DNA of 63,519 nucleotides, the filler included, from Sphacelaria rigidula (lineage: Eukaryota), in NCBI GenBank assembly GCA_964200075.2. It is 5 parts of 5 records of this genome, joined end to end, with 100 filler letters (N's around TTAATTAATTAA, not from the genome) between each part and the next. Parts side by side here need not be neighbours in the genome. Positions count along the whole stretch, not along the records: positions 50,898 to 63,519 come from CAXNAA020003561.1; 4 more parts are not named here. One strand, given 5' to 3'. Shown here piece by piece: positions 51,333-63,519 of the stretch; the stretch's first letter is position 1, and every line of letters starts with the position of its first letter. The notes below the pieces were generated by a model. It searched no databases, had not been told where the DNA came from, and worked only from the letters and a program-made list of their open reading frames with translations. The position numbers were made by a program, and so were the translations under genes.

Positions 51333-54015
51333 CGCGCCTTGTTTCATCAAGGATGTATCATGTATCCATCTCCGCTTCGTATCTCCTTTTATTCGTCTGT
51401 CGCATACTGAATGTAGCTTGCTCTTGGATATTATTGCACGCTCTTCTCCGTGGTGACCCCCGGGCAGGCTCTTGCTTCAGCTCGTAAAGGAAGATAGAAT
51501 AAACATCCACGCTTGTGAAAGGCCTCAAATCATCGCAGGAAAGGATGAGCTGACATGCAACGAAACTTTCCACTCGCTCGCACGTGAACCCATGCATTTC
51601 TTCCCTCATTGTATCACGAAAACTTGCGCGAATGTGAAATGTTGTTGTTGCTGTTGATGGTGGTGGTGGTGAAAACACATTAGAAACCGTTCCGATATCT
51701 GCGCGTACTGCGCATCTGTTGCGGACGCCTTCCGTGGTCACAGGCCAACTACTCAAATTTGAAGCAAGGTCAACAAGGTATGATGCGGAAACCAAGAAGA
51801 TAAAAAACAGGGCCCACAAGAAATCACATTCAGGCTATAAAAATAGAAGTGTTAAGCTCATGAGTTCCGCTGCTGTCGGCGAGCATTCTGACGCTGGAAG
51901 CGAAGCCCAACGTTTCTACTCAGCATGACGTGAAAGAAAAATATGAGAAATGTGCAACACATCCTTCATGAACTTGCAGGATGCTCCATTCACCTGGCGG
52001 ACGAATGTAAAATTCGAACTCTCAAACTACAGAAGGATATGATTGACCAGGGGAAGAGCTCACGGTCCCATGTCTCCTCTACTTCAGGCATCATCACCCC
52101 CCGTGTTGTATAGCGTGCATGTGGAATGCAGTGGTCGTGAAAAGTAACACCCAGTTGCGTTCATACATGCGAGCATGTGCTTTACACTGTGCTGCCATGT
52201 GTCAGGATGGAGGGTCCTGCGACGATGACTCAACCGACAAATGAAATGATGATGAACGCGGAGGAATAATGAACACCGCAGCAGGTGATCACACCTGTGC
52301 CGAGGCCGTCATGAACAGAACACACGCTTCGTTATTTTTTTACTTGGTTTAGAATCGGACAGCTGTAGCACTTGAGATGAGCACATCAAGACGAGCAGCA
52401 TTTTCCACCCTTCTGTCGTTGTGACCCTGTGTACAGGTGTACAGAAACGTCAGTCACGGGTTAAAATGTACTGTAATCCAATAATATTATAGTACACTTT
52501 GTATAAGTGTGGTCAAGATTTCGGGGTGATTTTCATTGATATGATTCACCCCATTACGATCCAGTTCTTGCGCGTACAGCGGTTGGGGCGGACTTTTCCG
52601 AAGTACAATACCCAGAATAGGCCCTCATTCCAACCCATAACGGTCTGAGCACGATTGAGGTATCTCAAACTCGACGTTGACGGAATCTCAAACTCGACGT
52701 TGACGGTATCCTCAATAGTAGTACTGTATACTTGGCTTGTACGACAAAGAGCCTTACGTGTTTCCTAGAAAATGGTTGAGATACGCGTCCGTGATGTGTG
52801 ATGAGTAGGAAGAGGAGTAGGCTTGGCGGAGAAATAACAACAGTCGACACTCCCGCCGCTTGGTGCAACGCCATCGGCGACCATTTTGAGCATTATCGGT
52901 TACCCCATGAGGGGCGTGCGCTCAGCATCATCACGCCCTAGGTTGTCGGGTCTGCGTTCACGCTGGGGCCGTAGGGTCGCTATTCTCCGCAACGTTGTTG
53001 GCACGGATTCAGTGATCTCAAATGGGTGTATCCGCATCAGCGGAGATTTGTTCAGTGGGCAATCCGGTGCAACCCTGCAATGACATCAGTATAAACTTGT
53101 ACAAAACATACGTCAGGCGGGTCACTGCACCTTCACCACAAAATGGGGCCACGCAAACGACAGGCAGTCGGTGTTACGGTCCCCTGCTTCACCCACATTT
53201 GCTCGTATAGCAGAACGCCTTAGTGAGGACGTATTCAGCAAGCTACTACTAGCGACGGAGAAGTGCATTACATGCTCCCCGGGTTTTTTTTCCAGATTTC
53301 CGTCCAAGACCCAAACTACGTTTTGGATTGAGATGACTTCTTCGTGCTGTGCCACTGTTCCACACACTGCTAGAGACTTGAGTCCGGATGATCCTTGGGA
53401 AAGAAAAGATAACGTTGTTCCGCAGAGGGTATCCCACGGGCGACCCATTTTCAAAGTTATTTTGTCCGTAAAACGCACCGACAGAGAAAGGCGCATGAAT
53501 CGAGAGACCCCTCGCATCTTGGTGCTCTACATCGTCATGGAGTTTTGTCGCCGAGCTCGTGTGAACTTTTTCTACTGGACGGCTCCACTGGCCAAAATAC
53601 GTTCAAAATACAAGTACAAGAATTACTTGAAGTCCATACATATATCCGGAATGTGAACGTTCGCGGGTTGAGTTGGTCCTCGGACTGCGATGTGGGTGAA
53701 TTTAGTCCATCTGGATCACGCATGCACTATTCGAGTGAAATTGGTGCCGATGCACCAGGTGACTGACTCTACCCTCACGGTCTCAGGGTTGACCCTTTCA
53801 CCACGAGGGTAGGTCATCTGCTTAATCGGCATCAATTTCACTTGAAAGAAGTATGTTTGATGCAGACGGAAGTACCCACATCGCGGCGTAAGGCTGGGCA
53901 CGAATGCCCGTGCAGACAGATATCAATCGTGAAACTCAGGGGCTGGTCTAGGCTTTTGCTTTTGATGCATTTTTTCCTGTTTGTCCATGCGTCTCGATAC
54001 ATTTTTTCATGCTCA

Positions 54016-54193
54016 GGCTAACTCTTTTGGGAGCGTTTGTAATTTTATTTTGCAATAATTCTAAATAACTTTTTTTCTTTTTCTTTGCCGTGGTTGTGTA
54101 TTTTGTGTCCGTTCACCATGATGACAAAGAAAAAAAAAACTGCTCTGAAATTGTTGCCAAACAAAATTACAAACGCTCCCATAAGAGTTGGCC
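54016..54193. mobile_element. PIF/Harbinger (Tourist)-like MITE
   Basis: TIR ggctaactcttttgggagcgtttgtaatttt / aaaattacaaacgctcccataagagttggcc with TCA TSD. Second copy at 59028-59196. Confidence 0.85.
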
Positions 54194-54409
54194 TCAAATG
54201 TGAAAATTATGCGTTAATGCGTATTTTGGTGAAATATATCTTTTCGCGTCCTGGTTGTAGCGGTTCCTGGCGGCAGCCCCCATGGAACGTACCTTCGAGC
54301 ATGAAATAACACACGTTAAACATTTCGAGATTTTACGATCGCTCAAAAAAAGGGCTCGCTCGTTTTTTCTCTGTTCATCGATTCTGAAGGGCACGACTAC
54401 TTTCTTGGC

Positions 54410-55480
54410 CAGTGTTATTCCTTTTCAAAAATATGGAGGCGGTATTTTTGAAGATAAGGCGCCCCAACACAGTACACCAGGCGTCTGATGATACTGAAAC
54501 TTGACGTATGTGTGGACTAGAGCCGCGGGTAGTTGTTGACGCAGCAGTCTCGGCTACCAAATGCGTTTTGTGCGCTGTGTGGCTTGAAAGGATGACTATG
54601 CACGATGCTGCAGTGATTCCACAAACAAGAACACTTTCTGATCACAGTTCTAGAGAGTAACGATATGAAATCCGCGCGGAGACAGGAGTAGATCTGGCCA
54701 TCCTTGTTGTTTACATCGCCCCCCTGTTGGTCGAGGCTGGCACCAAGGCCGGAAATAACCACTGGTTGAGGTTCTCCATATGTTTTATACGCCGTGCCGA
54801 GCAAGACGCGGCCGCACAACGCAGCCAAGGAGAGGAGTATCTTCTGTCAAGGACCACTGTGGACCTGCTCGGGCAGGGGGCAACGTCTCCTCCCTCAAAG
54901 TGCCAGACCTAGCGTGGGCGTTACCACGACGGTCTGAAAATGACAGGGGCAGTTGCTGTAGTTTTCTATCAAAATCAATCAGATATTCTTCCGTAGTATG
55001 CTCCCACGTGAAGATATTGACCCTTCTCTGGCAGGCGCGTGATCACCCTTGTGTAGAATTTTCACTTGGTTCCAGAGTAGGACAGAGTGCGAGCTGCAAC
55101 TTTTTTTTTTTTCCACGAATGGATCGCGGGTATTCTATCCCTTTCGAGGCGTGGCTCGCATCGTACAGTCAGTTCTACAGTACTCATTGTAGTGGCACTA
55201 GGAACACACAGTGTCAACTTCCTCGGGTATTACATTGCGCGGATTCATATCGTGCAATAAACGCTTTCTACATTTGTTGTGATATGCATCCTTTCCCAGC
55301 CGGCTTTCAAACGCGCGAAAGCTGGTCTGTAGCGCCAGATATCTGTGCTGATGTGAAGACCTCTCTGCAAAGAACGCCCGCGATTCAAAACTGGAGTATG
55401 ACCGTCTCCAATTGACACCGCGGATAATGAATTATAATTTCAGTACAATGCCTCCATAATATTGAAAAGGAACAACACTA
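54410..55480 (+). mobile_element. Non-autonomous DNA transposon family C
   Basis: Homologous to 20490-21582, with TIRs at both ends; TGGC on both flanks. Confidence 0.85.
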
Positions 55481-55750
55481 TGGCTTCTACAGCGAGCGGT
55501 GTTGGTTGTCAGGCCCACAGTTACCGACACGACTGTTTTTCCAGAGATTTCAGAAATGTTCAGGGTTTTCGGACTCTGCATTCAGACTTCTCCGAGAACG
55601 GAGCGGCTTGATGTTTTCTCCGAAGCCTCACTTTTGGACAAGTCCGGAAAATTCGGGCTGCAACGCAGCACTTCGGAGAGCTGCCCTGCGAAAACGCCGT
55701 GACGCTCACAAGCATTTTAGAATCATCACGTACTTGGCCAGTCTCAACAA

Positions 55751-56060
55751 ATTTGGGCCATTTATGCTACGTGAGGATTTGATTTTTTGGACGGGACAAA
55801 TGCAACGTAACGTGATGTAACATATGGACCTTGAAGCAGTGTCTTTTGGTGTTTTCCAGATGTAAAAAAAGGCGTTTTTGTGAATTTTGAACGTGACACG
55901 TGACACGTGACATATTCACGAAAACCAGCAGAGTTTTCGTCACATTTGGAAAGTGAAACGCAATGTTAAGGTTCATGCGAAGGACTACTCGTTACATCAC
56001 GCTACGTTACATATATCCCATCCAAAAAATCAAATCTTATGTAGCATTTATTGACCCAAA
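55751..56060. mobile_element. MITE with ~70-bp imperfect TIR
   Basis: tttgggccatttatgctac..gatttgattttttgga..acgtgatgtaac mirrors gttacatcacg..tccaaaaaatcaaatc..gtagcatttattgacccaaa. Confidence 0.65.
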
Positions 56061-57262
56061 GTTACGTGTTTTCGAATGTGTCACATTAAAACGTCACGTG
56101 TCACATATCCCTCCCTGGAAAAAACAGTGTATACGTGTCTTGTTTTCATCCTGGAAGGTACGCGTTCAATGGAGGCTGCCGCCAGGAACCGCCACAACAA
56201 GGACGCGGAAAAGGCGCATAAGTCGCACGTACAGGACCTTCCTCTCCGCGACTTTACCCTTGCAACTCATATTTCAGCCCTTGCGTACATCAACCAGACA
56301 TCGTTGACATTTATCATACACGTACGTACTGGACGGCACGCCACTTTGCTCATCATGGTACCGCATTACACTCTAGATTCTGGCCCAGAAAACCACCCCC
56401 GCATCATCCACAGCCGACCGTGGCATTCTTCTCCTTGCGGTCGCGGTTGTATTTCAGCATTAGGGCCGTTATTATTGACACAGTTTTTTCGGAGATTGCC
56501 AAGATTTTAGGCGTTTTTGCACCTGGCGCTTGGCGTTCTCCGAAAATGAAGCGGCTAGATTTTTTCGCCAAGCCTTCGCGTTTAGCGAACACTGAATACT
56601 TCGGATTGCAGCGCAATACTCCGCAGAGCTGCCCTTGGCGCACGCCGTGGCGCTCGCCAGCATGCGAAAATTATTAGAAATCTTGCTAGTGATAACACCC
56701 CGGGCTATGTCGTGAAGTAAAAAAGCACCGCGGGTTGGCGGTATTTATCTCCGTTGTGCCCGGGCAGCGGTGTTGGAGCTGTTGAGCTGTTGGGGCCAAG
56801 CACGTGGATCGTCGTTTGCAGACATGCGCACTTTCGAAGTGAAGAGCAGGAACAATTCAGCAGCTACCTTGTTGCCTGCAGTCCTGCTACGAGTGTACGC
56901 TACTGCACCGTCTGAAAAATGTATAGTTTCATTGGGTGTATCTGCGCATACAACTCACAGAAAGCAAGCATGCTGCACTCTATGCCCGGGGCTTTCTACA
57001 GTCGGAATTTTTACTCATGTGGGCTGCTGCAGCATCCCGAGAGAGCAGGCCGATCACGTCCTACCCTGTCCGACTGCGCCCCCCGTGTCACAGAGAGGTT
57101 CTGAGAAAGATATTTCCCACAGGTGTGAGCGCCAAACACGGGCAGGTAGCATGATCCTGTCCTTCATTTTGTCGGCGAAAGCAAGGAAACGACGAGATCA
57201 GCACCATCTGTAATGAGATATCTATATAACAGCAACAGTAGAAGTAGATAATAATGAACCTA

Positions 57263-58746
57263 CCGGCTGGTTCACGCTTATCGCCCAAAAACATTCAGCG
57301 GCAAAACCTCACGCCATTTTAAGGAGTTATACCCTGAAATTTTGCACGAATGTTCTATGAGTCATCCGGCAACTGAGGAGGAACGGTTGTTTTTTTTTTT
57401 TTAACTTTTTTCACATTTTTCGGGGGTCCCAGTTTTTGGGGGGAAACCTCGACCCAATCGGACCCCCGTGAAAAACGGTAACAAAAAAATAAATAAGTAA
57501 CCTCGTTCTTCCAGAGTTGCGTAATGTCCCAAAGCACAGTTGTGCAAAATTTCAGGGTCTTAACTCCTTAAAACGGCGTGAGATTTTTGGCCTTCGTGCG
57601 ATGAAGTTTGCCGTACCGCGGTGAAACCGCAAACTACTTGATTTTAGTACCAAAACGGCGTTTTTGGACCTTCTTTGACGTGACTATGGAAATTCAAGCA
57701 CCAGTTGATCGAGTTCCGCGACCAAAATTTGTGAAGCCCATCCTCGGGTTTTGCGGAGGCAGATAGTTCGTGAAAAAATGAAGAAAAAATATCGTAGTGT
57801 CGTTTCACCAGGGTCTCAGAACGGAGTCTACTTCGAAAAACGACTTCGATCCCGTCGGACCCCCGAAAAACGGTGAAAAAGTCGAGAATTAAAGAAAACA
57901 TCGTCCCTAGAAAGTTGAGTAAATATATATAGCATATTTTATGCGAAGTTTCAGGATCTAACTCCTAATGATAGCTTCAAAGTTTGCGCGTTTGTGGAGG
58001 ACGTGGGCTTGAAACGCGCAACTACGAACTACTTGGGTTTAATATGGAAACGTCTTTTGGGGTGAATTTGACGTCAAGGCAAGAAAAATTGTATGAGGTT
58101 TTCGACTTTCTCCACCAAACTTTGTACATGTGTTCCTTGGACTCTTTCGGGATGCATCATTTCATTATTATTTCGTTAGAGCATTCTGTACCGCCTTGCG
58201 GGGGTCTTCATGCTGGGACCCCCGGAAGCCGGTAGAGAACGTAGAAAACATGAAATATTGTCGAGAATACAATTTTTCCATTTTGATCACCAATACCTAC
58301 GGAACTGCCGAGTCTGAGGGCGACCTGAGCTTTTCTATAACAGATATAGGGGACACCGTCACGAGGCTTCCTGGGTCTTTCGTGTTTATCATTCGTGGAA
58401 ATTAGACGACGTCGACCCCCGTAGTAACCGTTTTAAAAATATGATTTTCTCGATAGATTCCCGTGTCGATGACCATCACTACGATTTGAAGTATGTAGAG
58501 ATTGGGTGAAAATTGGGCTTGGTATTCGTAATTTCGATCTCGGAACAGTTTGAAGGGCGCTAATTGGCTGAGACACATTGTCGTCCATAGCGCCACCGCT
58601 ACGGCCCTAGACAAAAATCCGGCTATGCCACCCTCTTTATCTTTTCATTGCGGTCAGTATGATACCAAAGATGCGACTATGGGGTGCGTATTGCGGAAGA
58701 CATTTGCTAATGACACAACTTTGAGTGATCACCGTGAACCAGCCTG
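57263..58746 (+). mobile_element. Tc1/mariner-type non-autonomous element family D, complete (~1.48 kb)
   Basis: TA|ccggctggttcacg ... cgtgaaccagcctg|TA. Internal diverged sub-repeats; no transposase ORF. Confidence 0.85.
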
Positions 58747-59027
58747 TAGGCGATTCCCGAACATTCCACCTTCTCCCACTGTTTTTCATTTTGTGTGTGT
58801 GTGTGTTGTCGTCCCATCTATTCTGCAAAATTCCTGTCTAGAACTGCCTTTTGGGCCCCTCTCCGGAAATGCTAAGTTGCCCTGGAACGGTCTCAATGAG
58901 TAGAGCAACTCATTCCAAGGAGTGAATGTCCGGGTAGCCCTCTTTTCATGCGTAAAACGACGGAAAAGGGCGAAAGAGGCAGTTTTAGACAAAAAAAAAC
59001 GAACGGCTACCATTAGTGTCGGTCTTA

Positions 59028-59196
59028 AGCCAACTCATATGAGAGCGTTGAGAGTTTTATTTTGCAATAATTTGAAATGGCTTTTTTTCTATTCTTTGCC
59101 GTAGTTTTGTGCCCGTTCACCATGACGACAAGGGAAAAAAAAATCCCTTGAAATTGTTGCAAAATATTTTTTCAAACGCTCCCATGATAGTTGGTC
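59028..59196. mobile_element. PIF/Harbinger-like MITE (same family as 54016-54193)
   Basis: Collinear sequence, TTA TSD. Confidence 0.8.
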
Positions 59197-62100
59197 TTAC
59201 AGCTGATTCTATATTATCACTTGGACCGTGTCCTATCCAATTATTTTCGTGTCGAAAACTTGCGGTCGAATCAAATTCGCTCGTTCCTGACTCGTCCACT
59301 CTATTCATTCCCTCAGATGGTTGAGAACATGAACATGAATGCCGGGGACGTATCAGGTACGAGCAAATTCGACTCCATCGCATGTTTTCTGGTCGAAAAC
59401 AATTTGATCAGATACGGCCTTGGTGCCCTCTGTGTGCGCGCATAAAAAGCTAAAGCCTATCCAGTTGTGGGCTGAACTGGTTGATGTGTGACGTTGTGGC
59501 GGAAGCCGCCGTCTGATATGAAATATGGCACGTACGTTGATTTTTTCATCAGGTCCACATGAACATGAAGTAGTTTACATACAGCACAATGACTGATAAC
59601 AGGCCCGCAACAAATTAAAAAAAATTACGAACACGAACGCCACGACTCCGCGAGCCACGCCACATGGAGCACCAGTGGGCAGCTCCCAGCTGCTGGGCAG
59701 GGGGTGCATAATCCCGTTGGAGTACTGTATGCGCTAAGTTATCACGAAATCCCCCAAAATATATGTTTTTCAATCCTCTGGGAACCCTCCCCTCCCGCCC
59801 CCAGTCCACACGCCTCGTTATTTCGAGTGCTGACGAAGAAGGAAGAATGGCAAAAGAAGATACCAACAACCATTTTCCGACGGACGGCCGCAGAAGAATC
59901 TACCGACATACGTCATACTCGCACAAAAAATGTCGCCCCGGTGCGGTCGGATGAGTTTTCTCGACGCGACGGGTCAAGCATGTTCGACTTCGTGCACAGC
60001 AAAAACCAGCACCGCGGCCTCTGAAACCCATACAACAAAAATCAGCGCCACCTCTATATTTTCTATATATTGAGTTCCGTGTGGCACTGCGGCACACATC
60101 TATATAGGTGACGCACCCCACCGGAGTATTGTTGTGCTGCAGCCCGGAGGTTGTACTCGCCCAACACTTTGCAAGCGTGCTAAATCGCATTGTAGAAACA
60201 AAGTAGTATGCCCGAGCACACAGAAATCCCCTCATCACACGTCGAAAGATTGAGGTATGATACAGTATTTACGCGAATCACCGCCAGTTGGAAGCGGTCG
60301 CGGGTCTGAAAAACACGCATCTGGCAAAATAGTCGTCGTTGGAAGATGCAAACAATCAACCATATGTTGTTCGAAAAACAGCACCTCGAACTAAGCACTT
60401 TTCCACTTCCAGTAACAAGAGGGTTGAAAAACGCGTATGGTTACGCGCGAAACCCCGTTTTATGCCAAATTATATGCGCACATGAGAAGCTAAAGCCCAG
60501 GCTGATCATCTGGGTTTTGCATCAATTTTCCAAGTTGAAATAATGAAGAGGCAACGGGTGGGCCACACTGGCACTCACAGGCAGGAGAAGTGCGCGATTT
60601 CAAACACACGACGTGCCTACTTGAAAATTATCTGACGGGATTTATCCCTCAGACAGCGACCCCCACGCTGGCCACATTTGGGGTTCAGAGCAGCTCTTTT
60701 CTCGCTACACAAGACGCCTTCTTCATGAACATGTGAATATTTGGCATCTATATAGAAAACAGTCCCGGAGAAGCCATGAACGGTTTTGACCCTGCAGTCA
60801 CTTGCGTGGAGTCAGTTTGTATGTGTGCTGTATGTCTTCGCTGGATACAACGGCAAGAGACAGTGTAAGTGCGCACTCTCTCTCCACTGAACACAATTTA
60901 CTGCATGCTGCTGATGCCTCTGCTTATTCAACAACACTACAGTGTGAAGCTATGCTGGCAACACGTGAGGCGTCAGACAGGCGGCACAAACCTCGAGCAG
61001 GGTAGAAAACAAATTATTTGTACCCATGTATTCTATGGTGGAATCGTCATGACCAAAACGAATTTTGGCCGTAGACAGCGAAGTAGTCCACCTGTAGTAC
61101 GTCGTGGGGAGGGTCTTTTCGGCGGGTGTAGGGCCGGGTTCGCTTTCAAGGAGTGGTTCCTTCTCACGACCACTCTTGGCCAAGGACATGGTGTGGTGGT
61201 AGAGTTGGGTCAGCGCGGTGCTCATCAGGCACACCCACCCCTGTTATAATGCAGCAGTATAATATGTCAACACGCTAAATACCGGCATACTCTCGAATAC
61301 AAGCAATGTAATGTGTCAACACCTTGAGTGTGGGCACATGCTGGGATACGGTGTGTGCGCGGGGGCAGTTGACACCGCTGTCGAAACCTGGCGCGCACAC
61401 CTTTGATACGAAGGAGCGTGTGCCGGTGTGTAGCCTGGCTTCGGCGACAAGGATGGAGGAGGGGCGGTCGGCGACGGACGGGTTGGGTCTGGTTGAGCCC
61501 CCCGGACGAGACACTTACTGCAGACCACAACCAGAGTCCAGAACGAAGGAGGAAGTGTTTCATCACGAAAGGAGGCAGAGGGAGCACTGTTTCGGATCAT
61601 GGACACCGGCGAGGATGGGCGGTTGGATTGGCCATTGACGCTGGTGAGGACAGATGGGAGCGTCAGGGCGTCAACTTCGGAGAGGACCTTGCAGCAGAGA
61701 AGAGCAGAGCAGGCGACTAAAATCGTCGAGGGCGGAATATCAGTTTTGTATTGTTGTTGCCGTTGCTGTTGTCTTCACATTGAAAACCGTTCCGATAGCA
61801 GTACTCTGTACTGGGCATCTGATGAGGACGCCTTCCGTGGTCACAGTTTTATTTTGATCGCATCGTGGACTCTCTGACTTTTGCTAGTCCGGTGGTTGTC
61901 TTGTATCAACGGCAGGTGCAAGTCTCCTGCTCTGTCCGACTTTACTCCTTCCTCGCTCCTGATGTGCGTACCCACGCGATGCGCAGCTCCTCCATTCTTG
62001 TCTAGGCTGTCCCCACTGCGCTCTCCGCTGCTGCATAGCCCCGGTGTCCAGGCCGGTGCTTGCGCATTGAGCATGCTGCTACTTGAGTTGTTCCGAAACG

Positions 62101-62201
62101 AAGCACTCTCGCGATCGTGGTGCCTCTTGTCGTTCCAACTTAGTCTCGCCGTCGATACGGCGCTCAGGCTCGTGTCTCCGCTGTCGTTGGATGGTCTTTA
62201 A

Positions 62202-62300
62202 CCCTTCGACCGCGAGAGTAGTCTTTCTGGAATCATGCACACTTTTTTTCACTTGAAATTGATGCCGATTCAACTGAAGACTAACCTCGCGGTCTGAGGG
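62202..62300. mobile_element. piggyBac-type MITE (99 bp)
   Basis: TTAA|cccttcgaccgcgag...ctcgcggtctgaggg|TTAA; homologous to 24531-24628. Confidence 0.85.
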
Positions 62301-62837
62301 TTAAGGGGATACTACATTCAGATGGTATCCAATGTTTTGGTTGAACATGGGACACTCTGAACAGGTCGTGTTTTTTTGCTGATCGCGGTATCCCGTGTGT
62401 AGGCTAGACGCGCCCTGTCTGTTGTGTTCCCATGACGATGCTACATAACCAAAACCTGAGGGAGATCGGAGTTCCTGGCTTTCCTTCCTCGTTGCCGACG
62501 GCTCTTCCTTTCTTTTTTTTTGTTATTTTCATCTTCATGTCTGACGTTGTTCAGTCACCTGTGCGCAGGCTCTGTAGAGGATCTCCTTGAACAGTACGTG
62601 GCGAGGTGATCGGGGAGATCGCACGCGGGGGCTTCTTAGATTCCAATAGGTCTTCTGTAGTTCAATCGGTCTTGAAGGGATCTATCGCAGTGTAAGTGCC
62701 TTTTTTTCGTGTAGTTGTTTTGTTTCGTACCTACCTCTGCGGGCTGTTGATTCATGGATATGGGTGGTATGCTCCTTGCACTCTGTGACCACGGGCTCGA
62801 AAGATCGAGATCATGTGACGAAATTACAAATATATGA

Positions 62838-62892
62838 ATGATAATCATGATAATCATAATCATAATGATGATCATAATCATATAATAATGAT
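62838..62892. repeat. (ATG/ATC/ATA)n degenerate microsatellite
   Basis: atgataatcatgataatcataatcataatgatgatcataatc seen directly. Confidence 0.85.
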
Positions 62893-63160
62893 GAACAGTC
62901 CAACTGTGGGGGAACCAGGCGCTGATTTTAACAAATCCACACTCCGGCACGGAGCGCAACACATCCGCAAACCCCGACAGCAGCCGTCCTCACGGTTCGC
63001 TGTCGCCCCCAACACCATAACGCGTCGGCGTCGACACGAGGAGACAACGAATTTACCACGACCACAGAAGGATGTATGATTCGTCGTGACAGGCGGGCAG
63101 GAACCATCACCCCAACTTCCGGGAATGGAGACTATCGTGGATCCAAAGTGAGGTTTGACT

Positions 63161-63298
63161 TACTCCGTCTCGAAAGCGATGCGTGGTCAATGATCAAACA
63201 ACTAAGGCAAGCAACAAATGAGTCCCCCCCCTTCCCCCCCCCCTTCATTCAGCCTGGTCCGGCGAGAGCCCGGCGTGCTCCGTCCCGGCTTTGAAGGG
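63161..63298 (+). repeat. Family A2 copy, C-run, then family A head
   Basis: tactccgtctcgaaagcgatgcgtggtcaatg...gagt(C)n followed by ctggtccggcgagagcccggcgtgctccgtcccggc. Confidence 0.75.
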
Positions 63299-63519
63299 GC
63301 GGACCCCCGATGGGGGTGGCGTCGGTTGGCGATCACGCTATAAAACATGCCACTCACTAGGGAAGCTAGGCAACCAGGTTACCGTTTTTTTTTTTTTGCG
63401 CGCTCGCGTTTTTTTTTTCTGTGGAAATCATGATGGTGGTTGAGCTATATCATGTTGTGCGGCGTGGGAGAACCTCAACTCTGCCCAATGGGGGTGATCG
63501 TACCACGTGGTGTTTATAT

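Noticed and set aside
25277-63519. Giant (>38 kb) second DCAF7 intron containing the KDZ element
   Set aside because: The scaffold ends at 25351; later segments are unlinked, and no DYLR.W or later DCAF7 exon was found.

Overview
Eukaryotic, repeat-rich nuclear DNA, probably from a brown alga or other stramenopile (inferred from the gene, intron sizes and repeat content; not verified). The window is not contiguous. It is five ~12.62-kb scaffolds (12627, 12624, 12623, 12623, 12622 bp, non-increasing in size) joined by artificial 100-bp N44-TTAATTAATTAA-N44 spacers, so nothing should be inferred across the spacers. One clear host gene is present: the first two coding exons of a DCAF7/WDR68/AN11-family WD40 protein, split by a ~10-kb TE-filled intron and cut off at the scaffold end. 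The most notable element is a decayed, intron-containing KDZ/Zisupton-type (HMGXB3-like) transposase on the minus strand at ~30.8-35.0 kb, with a large insertion in its catalytic core. The rest is a degraded LINE (APE+RT), two tRNA-headed SINE families, a short poly(C)-tailed repeat family, many MITEs (Tc1/mariner-, PIF/Harbinger-, piggyBac- and Sola-like), several 280-590 bp foldbacks including one pre-miRNA-like hairpin, tandem repeats and microsatellites. Most ORFs in the supplied track look spurious. Family assignments rest on recalled motifs, not database searches.
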